DNA of 64,000 nt. Origin: Gemmatimonadales bacterium. Lineage in GTDB: Bacteria; Gemmatimonadota; Gemmatimonadetes; Gemmatimonadales; GWC2-71-9. The notes under the pieces are model-generated. The model ran no database searches. It saw nothing but the letters and a program-made list of their open reading frames with translations, and had not been told where the DNA came from. Each line of letters opens with the position of its first letter. Within the stretch, counting starts at the first letter, position 1. This document shows positions 17,487 to 29,397 of this stretch, piece by piece. A program made the position numbers and the translations under genes. Location of the stretch: positions 1,856 to 65,855 of the forward strand of contig JBFXAS010000003.1 of NCBI GenBank assembly GCA_050184075.1, read 5' to 3'.

Positions 17487-19321
17487 CCTCCGGCCGCGAG
17501 CACGTCGAGCGCCACCGGCACCCGGCCGAGCGGCGCGGAGACCTGCGCCCCCTGAACCCGGCTCCGCACCGCGGTCAACATCTCCCGCGCGATGGTGACG
17601 CCCTCGGCGAGCGCCGCTTCCTTGCCCCGGTCGCTCGCGCGGCGCATCCGATCGAGCACCGCGTCGGGCACGGTGACGCCGGGCACTTCGTTGGCGAGGA
17701 ACTCCGCATTCCGGAGCGAGACCAGGGGCCAGATCCCGGCGATGATCGGCACCCGGAACGCTTCGACGGTGGCCAGGAAGTGGTCCAGCTGGGCGATGTC
17801 GAACACCGGCTGGGTGATCGCAAACTCCGCCCCCGCTTCGACCTTCCAGGCGAACCGGCGGAGCTCGCGGTCGGGGTCGACCGCGGCCGGATTCACCCCG
17901 ACGCCGATCGCGAACTTGGTCGGCGCGCCGATGGGATTCTTGCCGGGGTCGAGACCGCGGTTGAGCCGCGCCACCAGGTTGGTGAGACCGATGGCGTCGA
18001 TGTCGAAGACCGCGGTCGCGTCGGGGTAGGGTCCCATCTTGGGCGGATCGCCGGTGACCAGGAGCAGGTTGCGGAGGCCGGCCGCCGCCGCGCCGAGCAG
18101 GTCGGAGAGCATCCCGAGCAGATTGCGGTCCCGACAGGCGTAGTGGACCACCGCCTCGATCCCGACCTCCCGCTCGATCATCAGCCCGGAGAGCAGCGCG
18201 CCCATTCGACTCTGCGCCCGCGGCCCGTCGGGCACGTTCACCGCGTCGACCCCGGCGTACTTGAGGGCGCGGCACTGGTCCAGCATCGGGGTCGGATCGG
18301 TGCCCCGCGGGGGCACGATCTCCACGGTGGTGATGAACTCGCCGCGGGCGAGCTTGCCGCCATAGCGGGAGCGCTGGGCGAGCGGCACCGGATCGACGCC
18401 CGCCGGCTCGTCGCGGTCGGGCTCGTCGATCACGATGTGACGCCGGGGCGAGACCGACTGCACGAAGCTCACGATCGCCTTGATGTGGTCCGGCGTCGTC
18501 CCGCAGCAGCCCCCCACGAACTTGGCGCCCGCCTCGACCATCCGGCGAGCGTACTCGGCCATGTACTCGGGGCTCGCCATGTAGATCTTGCGGTCGCCGA
18601 CGTCGCGAGGGAGTCCGGCGTTCGGTTGCGCCGCGATCGGCACGGAAACCACGCCGACGAGCGACTCCACCACGCCGAGCATGGTCTGCGGGCCCACCGA
18701 GCAGTTCACCCCGACCACGTCGGCGCCGGCCGCGACGAGGGCCGGTCCAAAGACCTCGGGCTGGGTGCCGTAGGCGGTGCGCCCGTCCTCCGCGACCGTC
18801 ATCTGCGCGATGATTGGCAGGTCGCTCACCGAGCGGACGCCCGCGATCGCCGCCTGGATCTCGTTCAGGTCGGAAAAAGTCTCGAGGATGAAGCCGTCGA
18901 CGCCGCCCTCGAGAAGCCCCTGGGCCTGGCGGGCGAAGGCGGCGCGGGCTTCGCCGACCGCCGTCTCGCCGAAGGGCTCCACCCGGACGCCGAGCGGGCC
19001 GATCGCGCCGAGCACCGAGGCCCGGTCGCCGACCGCCTCGCGCGCGACCCTGGCCGCGGCCGCGTTGAGCTTCTCGGTCTCCGAGGCGAGGCCGTAGTGG
19101 GCCAGCTTGAAGGGATTGGCGCCGAAGGTGTTGGTCTCCACCGCCTCGGCGCCGGCCTTCAGGTACTCGCGATGGATCTCGCGAACCAGGTCGGGCTGGC
19201 GCACCGCCAGCTCGTCGAAGCAGACGTTGAGGAAGACGCCGCGCCCGTAGAGCATCGTGCCCATCGCGCCGTCAACGACGTGAACCCTCCCGTCGGCGAT
19301 CAGATCTCGAAGGTTGGGCAT
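17483..19321 (-). CDS. bifunctional homocysteine S-methyltransferase / 5,10-methylenetetrahydrofolate reductase (YitJ-like)
   Basis: 612 aa. N-terminal Hcy-binding domain (VVDGAMGTMLY..., [19 protein letters not shown]), then an MTHFR domain (VEIVPPRGTD..., LLLVTGDPPKMG, AITQPVFD). AGGAGGA lies 5 nt upstream of ATG 19321. Confidence 0.9.
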   Translation of the reverse strand: MPNLRDLIADGRVHVVDGAMGTMLYGRGVFLNVCFDELAVRQPDLVREIHREYLKAGAEAVETNTFGANPFKLAHYGLASETEKLNAAAARVAREAVGDRASVLGAIGPLGVRVEPFGETAVGEARAAFARQAQGLLEGGVDGFILETFSDLNEIQAAIAGVRSVSDLPIIAQMTVAEDGRTAYGTQPEVFGPALVAAGADVVGVNCSVGPQTMLGVVESLVGVVSVPIAAQPNAGLPRDVGDRKIYMASPEYMAEYARRMVEAGAKFVGGCCGTTPDHIKAIVSFVQSVSPRRHIVIDEPDRDEPAGVDPVPLAQRSRYGGKLARGEFITTVEIVPPRGTDPTPMLDQCRALKYAGVDAVNVPDGPRAQSRMGALLSGLMIEREVGIEAVVHYACRDRNLLGMLSDLLGAAAAGLRNLLLVTGDPPKMGPYPDATAVFDIDAIGLTNLVARLNRGLDPGKNPIGAPTKFAIGVGVNPAAVDPDRELRRFAWKVEAGAEFAITQPVFDIAQLDHFLATVEAFRVPIIAGIWPLVSLRNAEFLANEVPGVTVPDAVLDRMRRASDRGKEAALAEGVTIAREMLTAVRSRVQGAQVSAPLGRVPVALDVLAAGG

Positions 19322-19329
19322 GGGGTCCT

Positions 19330-19420
19330 CCTGGCGAAACGCCCGAGGCTAAAACACCCCGGGCGGCGTTTTTAGCTGGTTGTTTAACGTGGCCGCAAGC
19401 TGCGCAAATCACCACGAGCA
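19330..19420 (-). promoter_or_regulatory. SAM-II-like riboswitch leader (copy B) with terminator/antiterminator platform
   Basis: Reverse-strand RNA: CGUGGUGAUUUGCGCAGCUUGCGGCCACGUUAAACAACCAGCUAAAAACGCCGCCCGGGGUGUUUUAGCCUCGGGCGUUUCGCCAGGAGGACCCCAUG. It is near-identical in its core to the metH leader at 29189..29280. The CGAUUU...GCUU...AAA...GCUAAAA pattern matches my recollection of the SAM-II/SAM-V pseudoknot class. Confidence 0.65.
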
Positions 19421-19526
19421 CCGGTTTGAGCTCAACCTAAGCAAGCCGCGCGCCATCGTGAAGGCCGCCGCCACGACGGCCGGTTTCGGAGCCTGGAAGG
19501 CGCGCAACGTTAGATTTGGCCTTGCC

Positions 19527-20285
19527 ATGGTGACATTGCCCTCGATCGAGCCCGGGCGCCCCGACCGCCCCTGCGGCATCATTGGCGGGGGGCGTCTCGC
19601 CCGACATCTGACCCACTACTTCCGCGAGAGCGGCATCGCGGTGCGGGCCTGGACCAGGAGCGACGAGGGCGAGGTCGCGGCCGCGCTGGGTCCGGCCCCC
19701 GTGGTGCTGGTCCTGATCGCGGACGACGCGATCGAGCCCTTCATCACCGCGCATCCCGAGCTGTCCGACCGGGTGCTGGTCCACTGTTCGGGCAGTCTGG
19801 TCACCGAGAAGGCCATCGGGATGCATCCGCTGATGACCTTTGGTCCCGAGCTCTACGGGCTCGCGGTCTACTGGGCGGTTCCCTTCGTCTGTGACGAGGG
19901 CGGGCCCGGGTTCCGCCAGCTCTTCCCGACGCTGCCGAATCCGACCTTCTGGCTCGATCCCGCGTCGAAGTCGCTCTACCACGCGCTCACCGACCTCGCC
20001 GGCAACCTCACCCCGCTGCTCTGGGAAAAGCTCTTCCTCGTCTTCGAGGAGCGGCTCGGCCTCCCGCGCGACGCCGCGACCCTCTACCTCAAGCGGGTGG
20101 TGGACGTCTGCGAAGGCCCCTCGCCGTTTCCGCGTACCGGCCCGATCGCGCGGGGCGACCGCCGCACCGTCCGGCGCAACCTCGAGGCGCTGGGCGACGA
20201 TCCGATCCGCGCCGTCTACGAGGGCTTTGCCAAGGCCGTCGCGCCGGAGCTGCTCGACGAGCGCCGGCGCGAGGGCGGCCGATGA
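19527..20285 (+). CDS. Rossmann-like oxidoreductase with DUF2520 C-terminal domain (PanG-like candidate ketopantoate reductase)
   Basis: Trimmed to ATG 19527. CGIIGGGRLARHL dinucleotide fold and the DUF2520-like block TGPIARGDRRTVRRNLEAL. The stop overlaps the panC start (ATGA 20282..20285). Confidence 0.7.
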   Translation: MVTLPSIEPGRPDRPCGIIGGGRLARHLTHYFRESGIAVRAWTRSDEGEVAAALGPAPVVLVLIADDAIEPFITAHPELSDRVLVHCSGSLVTEKAIGMHPLMTFGPELYGLAVYWAVPFVCDEGGPGFRQLFPTLPNPTFWLDPASKSLYHALTDLAGNLTPLLWEKLFLVFEERLGLPRDAATLYLKRVVDVCEGPSPFPRTGPIARGDRRTVRRNLEALGDDPIRAVYEGFAKAVAPELLDERRREGGR

Positions 20286-21049
20286 CCGAGACCATCACCA
20301 CGGTCGAGCAGTGGCGCCGGGTGGCGCGCCAGCTCCGGCGCGAGGGCCGCTCGCTCGGCTTCGTGCCGACCATGGGCGCGCTCCACCGCGGCCACGCCGC
20401 CCTGCTCGAGCGGAGCAAGGCCGAGAACGACGTGACGGTGGCCAGCGTCTTCGTCAACCCGGCCCAGTTCGACGACGCCCGGGATCTCGACGCCTACCCG
20501 AGAACGCTCGAGGAAGATCGAGCCCTGCTGGCCAGCCTGCACGTCGACTTCCTCTTCGCGCCCGATCGCGGCGCGATCTATCCCGACGACTATCGCTTTC
20601 GGGTTGCCGAGCGCGAGCTCTCGACCATCATGGAGGGCGCGCACCGGCCGGGACACTTCGACGGGGTGCTCACGGTCGTGCTCCGCCTGCTCGCGATCGT
20701 CCGACCCACCCGCGCCTATTTCGGCGAGAAGGACTACCAGCAGTATCTCCTGGTGCGCGACTTGGCGGCCGCGTTCTTCCTCGAGACCGAGATCGTGCCC
20801 TGCCCGACGGTGCGGGAGTCCGACGGGCTCGCGCTCAGCTCGCGAAACGTGCGGCTCTCGGCCGAGGCGCGGGCGCTCGCGGGACGGTTCGCGCGCCGCC
20901 TCGCGGGTCCGGGCCCGGCGGCCGAGGTTGAGCGCGACCTCCAGGCGATGGGGGTCGACGTCCAGTACGTCGAGGAGCGCTTCGGCCGGCGCTTCGCGGC
21001 CGTGGTGATCGGGGGCGTCCGCCTGATCGACAACGTCGCGATCGACTGA
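20282..21049 (+). CDS. panC: pantoate--beta-alanine ligase
   Basis: 255 aa. LGFVPTMGALHRGHAALL (HIGH-like motif), VASVFVNPAQF, HRPGHFDGVLTVV, GEKDYQQ. Confidence 0.92.
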   Translation: MTETITTVEQWRRVARQLRREGRSLGFVPTMGALHRGHAALLERSKAENDVTVASVFVNPAQFDDARDLDAYPRTLEEDRALLASLHVDFLFAPDRGAIYPDDYRFRVAERELSTIMEGAHRPGHFDGVLTVVLRLLAIVRPTRAYFGEKDYQQYLLVRDLAAAFFLETEIVPCPTVRESDGLALSSRNVRLSAEARALAGRFARRLAGPGPAAEVERDLQAMGVDVQYVEERFGRRFAAVVIGGVRLIDNVAID

Positions 21050-21152
21050 GCGGCGGAGGCCCACCGCAACACCCGCCCACCCTCGCCCGTAGTGCGAGAG
21101 ACCACCCGCTGAACCTCGCGACAGTCGCTCACCCCTCTGTGAGGATCGGTTC

Positions 21153-23696
21153 GTGCCCGCTACCCGTCGGCTCATCGAATTGGCTCTTGTTCTCCCGCTG
21201 GCTGCCGGATGCGCGGCCTCCTCCGCCTCCACCCAGCGACCCGCCAACCCGCCGCCGGCGGCCCGCGACAGCGCGGCGGCTCAGTCGCCGGCGCGCCCGC
21301 CAGCAGGGCGGGCGCAGCAGGCCGGACCGAAGCCCTATGCCCAGGTGGTCACCAAGGGCGCCAAGACGGACCCGGGTGTCGTCGCGGTGCACGAGGTCGA
21401 CGGCAAGTACCTCTTCGAGGTGCCCGATACCCTGCTCGGCCGGGACCTCCTGCTGGTGACCCGGATCGCCGGGGTGGCGCCGGGGCTGGGCGGCTTCTTC
21501 CCGGCGGGGGTGTCGGTGAACGAGCAGGTGGTCCGCTGGGAGCGCCGGGCCGATCGGCTCCTGCTCCGCAAGCATTCCTTCGACGCCGTGGCGGACGACG
21601 ACCAGCCGATCGCCCAGTCGGTCGCGGCCAATAACTTCGCCCCGATCCTCGGCTCCTTCCCGATCCAGGCTTTCGGCAAGGACAGCGCCTCGTTCGTGGT
21701 CGACGTCACCGACTTCTTCCAAGGCGATACCCCTGCCATCGGCGGGCTGAGCCCGAGCCAGCGACGCAACTATCAGGTCCGCCGGCTGGATCCGAACCGG
21801 AGCGCGATCTCCTCGATCCGGAGCTACCCGGAGAACGTCGAGGTCCGCCACCTGCAGACCTTCGAGGCCACCGCCCCGCCGGACGACGCCGCGACCGGCA
21901 CGATCTCGCTCGAGATGGCGCAGTCGATCGTGCTGCTCCCCAAGGTGCCGATGCGACCCCGCCACGCTGACGCGCGCGTCGGCTTCTTCAGCGTCCGGCG
22001 GGTCAACTATGGCCTCGACGAGCTCAAGGCCGCGACCGAGACCTTCATCCGCCGCTGGCGCCTCGAGCCCAAGGACACCGCCGCCTATCGGCGCGGCGAG
22101 CTGGTCGAGCCGGTCAAGCCGATCGTCTACTACATCGATCCCGCCACCCCGATGCGCTGGCGGAAGTACGTCAGACAGGGTGTCCTCGACTGGCAGGCAC
22201 CGTTCGAGAGCGCCGGATTCAAGAACGCGATTCTCGCCAAAGACCCGCCGAGCAAGGCGGAGGACCCGGATTGGGATCCGGAGGACATTCGTTACTCGGT
22301 GGTCCGCTGGGCCGCGAGCCTCACCCGGAACGCGCAGGGGCCGAGCACCTCGGACCCGCGCACCGGCGAGATCATCGAGAGCGACATCGTCTGGTACCAC
22401 AACCATCTCCGGAGCTATCGCAACCGGCTCCTGATCGAGACCGGCGCGGCCAACCCCGCCGCCCGGACGCTCGACATCAGCGACGAGCTGATGGGCGAGA
22501 CGATGCGGCAGGTGATCGCCCACGAGATCGGACACGCGCTGGGCCTGCCCCACAACATGGTGGCGAGCTCCGCCTATCCGACCGATTCCCTCCGCAACCC
22601 CGACTTCGCCCGACGGATGGGCGTCTCGCCCTCGGTGATGGACTACGCCCGGCAGAACTACGTCGCCCAGCCGGGCGACGGACTCCAGCCTCTGGATTTC
22701 ATCCGTCACATCGGACCCTACGATCACTACGTGATCAACTGGGGCTACCGCTCGCTGGTCGACGCCCCCACGGCCGAGGCCGAGAAGGCCACGCTGCACG
22801 GCTGGATCATGGAGCGCGCCGACGACCCGATGTACCGCTACCTCTCCCAGGGCATCAACACCGACCCGCGCTCGCAGACCGAGGACATGGGCGACGACCC
22901 CGTGGAGGCGTCGAGCTACGCGATCGCGAACCTCAAGCGGGTGGTGCCGAATCTGGTCGACTGGACCACCAAGCCGGGCGAGAGCTACGACGACCTCGAC
23001 GAGCTCTACGGCGAGCTGCTCGGCCAGTGGGGCACCTACGTGCGCCACGTGGTCACCCCGATCGGCGGGGTCCACGTGACGTTGAAGTCCTCCGATCAGG
23101 GTGGCGCGGTGTACGAGGTGGTTTCCCGTGCCAGGCAGAAGGCGGCGATGGCCTGGCTCGCGAGCGAGGTCTTCGAGGCGCCCACCTGGCTCAATCGGCC
23201 GGAGATTCTCGCCCTGGTCGGCGGCACGGGCGGCGTCGAAGTTGTCTCGCGCCGCCAGGTGCAGGTGCTCGGCGCCTTGCTCGACGCCCGGCGGATGGCG
23301 CGGATGGCGGAGGCCGAGGTGATCTCGCCGGAAACAGCATACTCCCAGTCGGAGTTCCTCGAGGATCTCCGCCGGGCCGTCTGGCTCGACCCGGCGAGCG
23401 GCCGGGCGATCGACGCCTATCGCCGTGCGCTCCAGCGCGCCTACCTCGAGCGGGTCGAGACCCTGATGACCGAGGAGCTGCCGCGGCCCCAGGGCAATCC
23501 GTTTTTCGGGCCCCAGTCCCCGCCGCCGAGCGTGGCCCGCTCGGACATCCGCCCGCTGCTCCGCGCCGAGCTGCTGGCACTCAAGCGCTCGGCGAACAGC
23601 GGGGCGAGCCGGGCTTCGGATCGGCTGACTCGGGCCCACCTGGCCGACGTCGCCGCGCGGATCGACGTGATCCTGGAGGGTAAGAAGGTTCCCTGA
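21153..23696 (+). CDS. large secreted zinc metalloprotease lipoprotein (DUF5117/DUF4953-type zincin)
   Basis: 847 aa. GTG start with GAGGAT upstream, lipobox LPLAAGC, and zincin motif VIAHEIGHALGLPHN. Confidence 0.85.
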   Translation: MPATRRLIELALVLPLAAGCAASSASTQRPANPPPAARDSAAAQSPARPPAGRAQQAGPKPYAQVVTKGAKTDPGVVAVHEVDGKYLFEVPDTLLGRDLLLVTRIAGVAPGLGGFFPAGVSVNEQVVRWERRADRLLLRKHSFDAVADDDQPIAQSVAANNFAPILGSFPIQAFGKDSASFVVDVTDFFQGDTPAIGGLSPSQRRNYQVRRLDPNRSAISSIRSYPENVEVRHLQTFEATAPPDDAATGTISLEMAQSIVLLPKVPMRPRHADARVGFFSVRRVNYGLDELKAATETFIRRWRLEPKDTAAYRRGELVEPVKPIVYYIDPATPMRWRKYVRQGVLDWQAPFESAGFKNAILAKDPPSKAEDPDWDPEDIRYSVVRWAASLTRNAQGPSTSDPRTGEIIESDIVWYHNHLRSYRNRLLIETGAANPAARTLDISDELMGETMRQVIAHEIGHALGLPHNMVASSAYPTDSLRNPDFARRMGVSPSVMDYARQNYVAQPGDGLQPLDFIRHIGPYDHYVINWGYRSLVDAPTAEAEKATLHGWIMERADDPMYRYLSQGINTDPRSQTEDMGDDPVEASSYAIANLKRVVPNLVDWTTKPGESYDDLDELYGELLGQWGTYVRHVVTPIGGVHVTLKSSDQGGAVYEVVSRARQKAAMAWLASEVFEAPTWLNRPEILALVGGTGGVEVVSRRQVQVLGALLDARRMARMAEAEVISPETAYSQSEFLEDLRRAVWLDPASGRAIDAYRRALQRAYLERVETLMTEELPRPQGNPFFGPQSPPPSVARSDIRPLLRAELLALKRSANSGASRASDRLTRAHLADVAARIDVILEGKKVP

Positions 23697-23723
23697 CCCG
23701 GGGTGAGGTCCCTTCGGGCGAGC

Positions 23724-23764
23724 GCGGGCGGGGTCGGTATAGACCCCGTCCGCGCTGGCTTTCG
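23724..23764 (+). terminator. candidate terminator hairpin after the metalloprotease gene
   Basis: 12-bp stem GCGGGCGGGGTC / GACCCCGTCCGC (one G-U pair) with loop GGTATA, followed by GCTGGCTTTCG. It starts 28 nt after the stop. Confidence 0.45.
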
Positions 23765-23776
23765 TGGCCCAGCCTC

Positions 23777-23821
23777 TTGCGCCAAGTCGTTTGATCACAT
23801 AGTATGTAACGCAATGGTTAC
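23777..23821 (+). promoter_or_regulatory. candidate promoter plus dyad operator of the ArsR-family gene
   Basis: TTGCGC (23777..23782), 17 nt, TAGTAT (23800..23805), 8 nt, ATG 23814, with no SD. The inverted repeat GTAAC-GCAATG-GTTAC (23806..23821) straddles the start codon. Confidence 0.4.
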
Positions 23822-24152
23822 GCAGAATGACACGATCTTCGACGCGGTTGCCGATCCGACCCGGCGCGAGATCATGGGCCTGCTCCGGCAGGGCGAGCTC
23901 CCGGCGGGCAAGGTGGCGGCCCGCTTCGAGGTCAGCCGGCCGGCGATCTCGAGGCATCTCAGGGTGCTCAGGAAGGCGGGTCTGGTTCGGGAGCGGCGGG
24001 AGGCGCAGCAGCGGCTCTATTCGCTCGACCCCGCGCCGCTCGCCGAGCTCGATCGCTGGCTCGATCTCTATCGGGTGTACTGGTCGGCCCGGCTCGTCGA
24101 TCTCAAACGGCACGTGGAGGCGGAATGGCGACAGCAACAGGAGAAGCCGTGA
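23814..24152 (+). CDS. ArsR/SmtB family transcriptional regulator
   Basis: Trimmed to ATG 23814. IFDAVADPTRREIMGLLRQGELPAGKVAARFEVSRPAISRHLRVLRKAGLV is a canonical ArsR wHTH. Confidence 0.88.
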   Translation: MVTQNDTIFDAVADPTRREIMGLLRQGELPAGKVAARFEVSRPAISRHLRVLRKAGLVRERREAQQRLYSLDPAPLAELDRWLDLYRVYWSARLVDLKRHVEAEWRQQQEKP

Positions 24153-25060
24153 CCACCCGGGGACGTTGGACCCACGAAGAGAGCTTTCCGATCGCGGCGT
24201 CGGCGGATCGAGTCTACCGCGCGCTGACGACGCCCGAGGAGCTCGAGCGCTGGTTCGCCGAGCGGGTCGAGGTCGATCTCGGGCCGGGCGGCGCGTTCCG
24301 GTTCTGGGGCCGGCACACCCTGGGCGCGCCGGCTCGGGACGGTGCCGATCAATCGCTCACCCGGGTCGAGCCGTCGAAGCTCGGGTTTCGGTGGACGCTG
24401 CTCGGCGTGCCGACGGAGGTCGAGCTGGAGGTGGCGTCCGTGGAGCCGACGGCCCAGCAGCCCGACGGGGCACGGCTGACGGTTCGGCACCGGATCGAGG
24501 GAGCCTTGCCGGGGCCGCGCCCGCGGGAGCTGATCGAGGACTGGTGGAAACTCTCGATCGGCAATCTCGGCGCCCACCTCGCGGGCGGCGATGGCGTGAT
24601 CCGACCGGACTTCTCGGAGCGGAGCGCCGCGATCACGCTCTCGGTGTGGATCGATGCCCCGCGGGAGGCCGTCTTCAAGGCCCTGATCGAGCCGGAGCAG
24701 CTCAACCGGTGGATCGCTTCCCTTGCCGTGGTCGAGCCGAGGGTCGGTGGCGCCTACGGGTTCGGGTGGCGCTACCAGATCGACGGCCGTGACGTCTCAG
24801 GTGGTCCGACCCGGATCCTCGAGCTGGTGCCGGACGAGCGGCTGGTGGTCGACTGGCCCGATTGGCGTGGGGACTCAACGGTCACGGGGCAGACCATCAC
24901 CTGGGCGCTCGAGACCGAAGGCCCGGGAACCAGGGTGACGCTGGTGCACGCGGGCTTCTCGCGGCCGGCGGACGTGAGCGACTATCCGTTCGGCTGGGGT
25001 CACTTCCTGGCGAGGCTCCGCGCGCTCTTCAACGACTCCAACGGCGACGGAGGATCATGA
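24125..25060 (+). CDS. tandem SRPBCC (AHSA1/START-like) domain protein
   Basis: Two repeats of the AHSA1-type pattern (ADRVYRALTTPEELERWF and REAVFKALIEPEQLNRWI). The start is either ATG 24125 or GTG 24149; the latter overlaps the ArsR stop as GTGA and has AGGAG 5 nt upstream. Confidence 0.8.
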   Translation: MATATGEAVTTRGRWTHEESFPIAASADRVYRALTTPEELERWFAERVEVDLGPGGAFRFWGRHTLGAPARDGADQSLTRVEPSKLGFRWTLLGVPTEVELEVASVEPTAQQPDGARLTVRHRIEGALPGPRPRELIEDWWKLSIGNLGAHLAGGDGVIRPDFSERSAAITLSVWIDAPREAVFKALIEPEQLNRWIASLAVVEPRVGGAYGFGWRYQIDGRDVSGGPTRILELVPDERLVVDWPDWRGDSTVTGQTITWALETEGPGTRVTLVHAGFSRPADVSDYPFGWGHFLARLRALFNDSNGDGGS

Positions 25061-25464
25061 TGGCACGGGTGACGGGCATCGGTGGCGTCTTCTTCAAGAG
25101 CCGGGGCGACCGGGCCGCGCTGGCGGCCTGGTACCAGGAGCACTTGGGGATGCAGCTGGAGGACTTCGGCGGCGTCGTGTTGAAGTGGCCGGACGATCGA
25201 GCCGAAGACGGGGGCCTCACCGTTTGGCACGTGGCGGAGCGGGAGACCGGCTGGTTCGGTCCGAGCGACGCGCCCTTCATGATCAACTATCGGGTCGACG
25301 ATCTCGACGCGCTGCTCGCCCAGCTTCGGGGCGCCGGCATCGAGATCGTGCAGGGCCCCGAGTCGCACGAGAACGGCAAGTTCGCCTGGATCATGGATCC
25401 CGACGGGCACAAGGTCGAGCTCTGGGAACCGAAGCTCTGGGACGCGAAGAACAAGCGGGGGTAA
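25057..25464 (+). CDS. VOC family protein (glyoxalase-like)
   Basis: MMARVTGIGGVFFKSRGDRAALAAWYQEHLGM...KFAWIMDPDGHKVELWEP. GGAGGA lies upstream. ATG 25057 or 25060 overlaps the previous stop. Confidence 0.8.
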   Translation: MMARVTGIGGVFFKSRGDRAALAAWYQEHLGMQLEDFGGVVLKWPDDRAEDGGLTVWHVAERETGWFGPSDAPFMINYRVDDLDALLAQLRGAGIEIVQGPESHENGKFAWIMDPDGHKVELWEPKLWDAKNKRG

Positions 25465-25492
25465 GCCGCCGCTCCGGTGCGGGTCGCTCCGA

Positions 25493-29182
<3,690 letters not shown>

Positions 29183-29188
29183 CCTCCC

Positions 29189-29280
29189 AAACACGAAACC
29201 CGGGGGCTAAAACGGCCACCGGGCATGCGTTTTAGCGTTTCTTTTACGTGGCCGCAAGCAGCGCAAATCGCCACGATCTC
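29189..29280 (-). promoter_or_regulatory. SAM-II-like riboswitch leader (copy A) with terminator/antiterminator platform
   Basis: Reverse-strand RNA: CGUGGCGAUUUGCGCUGCUUGCGGCCACGUAAAAGAAACGCUAAAACGCAUGCCCGGUGGCCGUUUUAGCCCCCGGGUUUCGUGUUUGGGAGGAUGGCUGUG. It is a paralogue of the leader at 19330..19420. P1 is CGUGGC/GCCACG. GCUAAAAC pairs with GUUUUAGC (8 bp) in competition with a downstream GC stem plus U-rich tract. Confidence 0.65.
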
Positions 29281-29397
29281 CGTTGTCTGATAACAAGATA
29301 GGCCAAGCCACCCGGTTCTGTCACGGGGCCGCCCACCCGTCGCGCCGTAGAGCAGCAACTCCGATGCCGGCGAGCGGTCGGCGCCTCACACAGGACT

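Noticed and set aside
21129-24137. Very long ORFs on the strand opposite to clear genes. Examples: 21129..24137(-) 1002 aa, 25287..29219(-) 1310 aa, 7488..10334(+) 948 aa, 1079..2725(+), 10082..12355(-), 56940..59258(-), 59533..61905(-).
   Set aside because: Their translations are Arg/Gly/Pro/Asp-rich low-complexity strings with no motifs. They lie exactly antisense or out of frame to genes with strong family signatures. They are typical shadow ORFs of high-GC DNA, where stop codons are rare.
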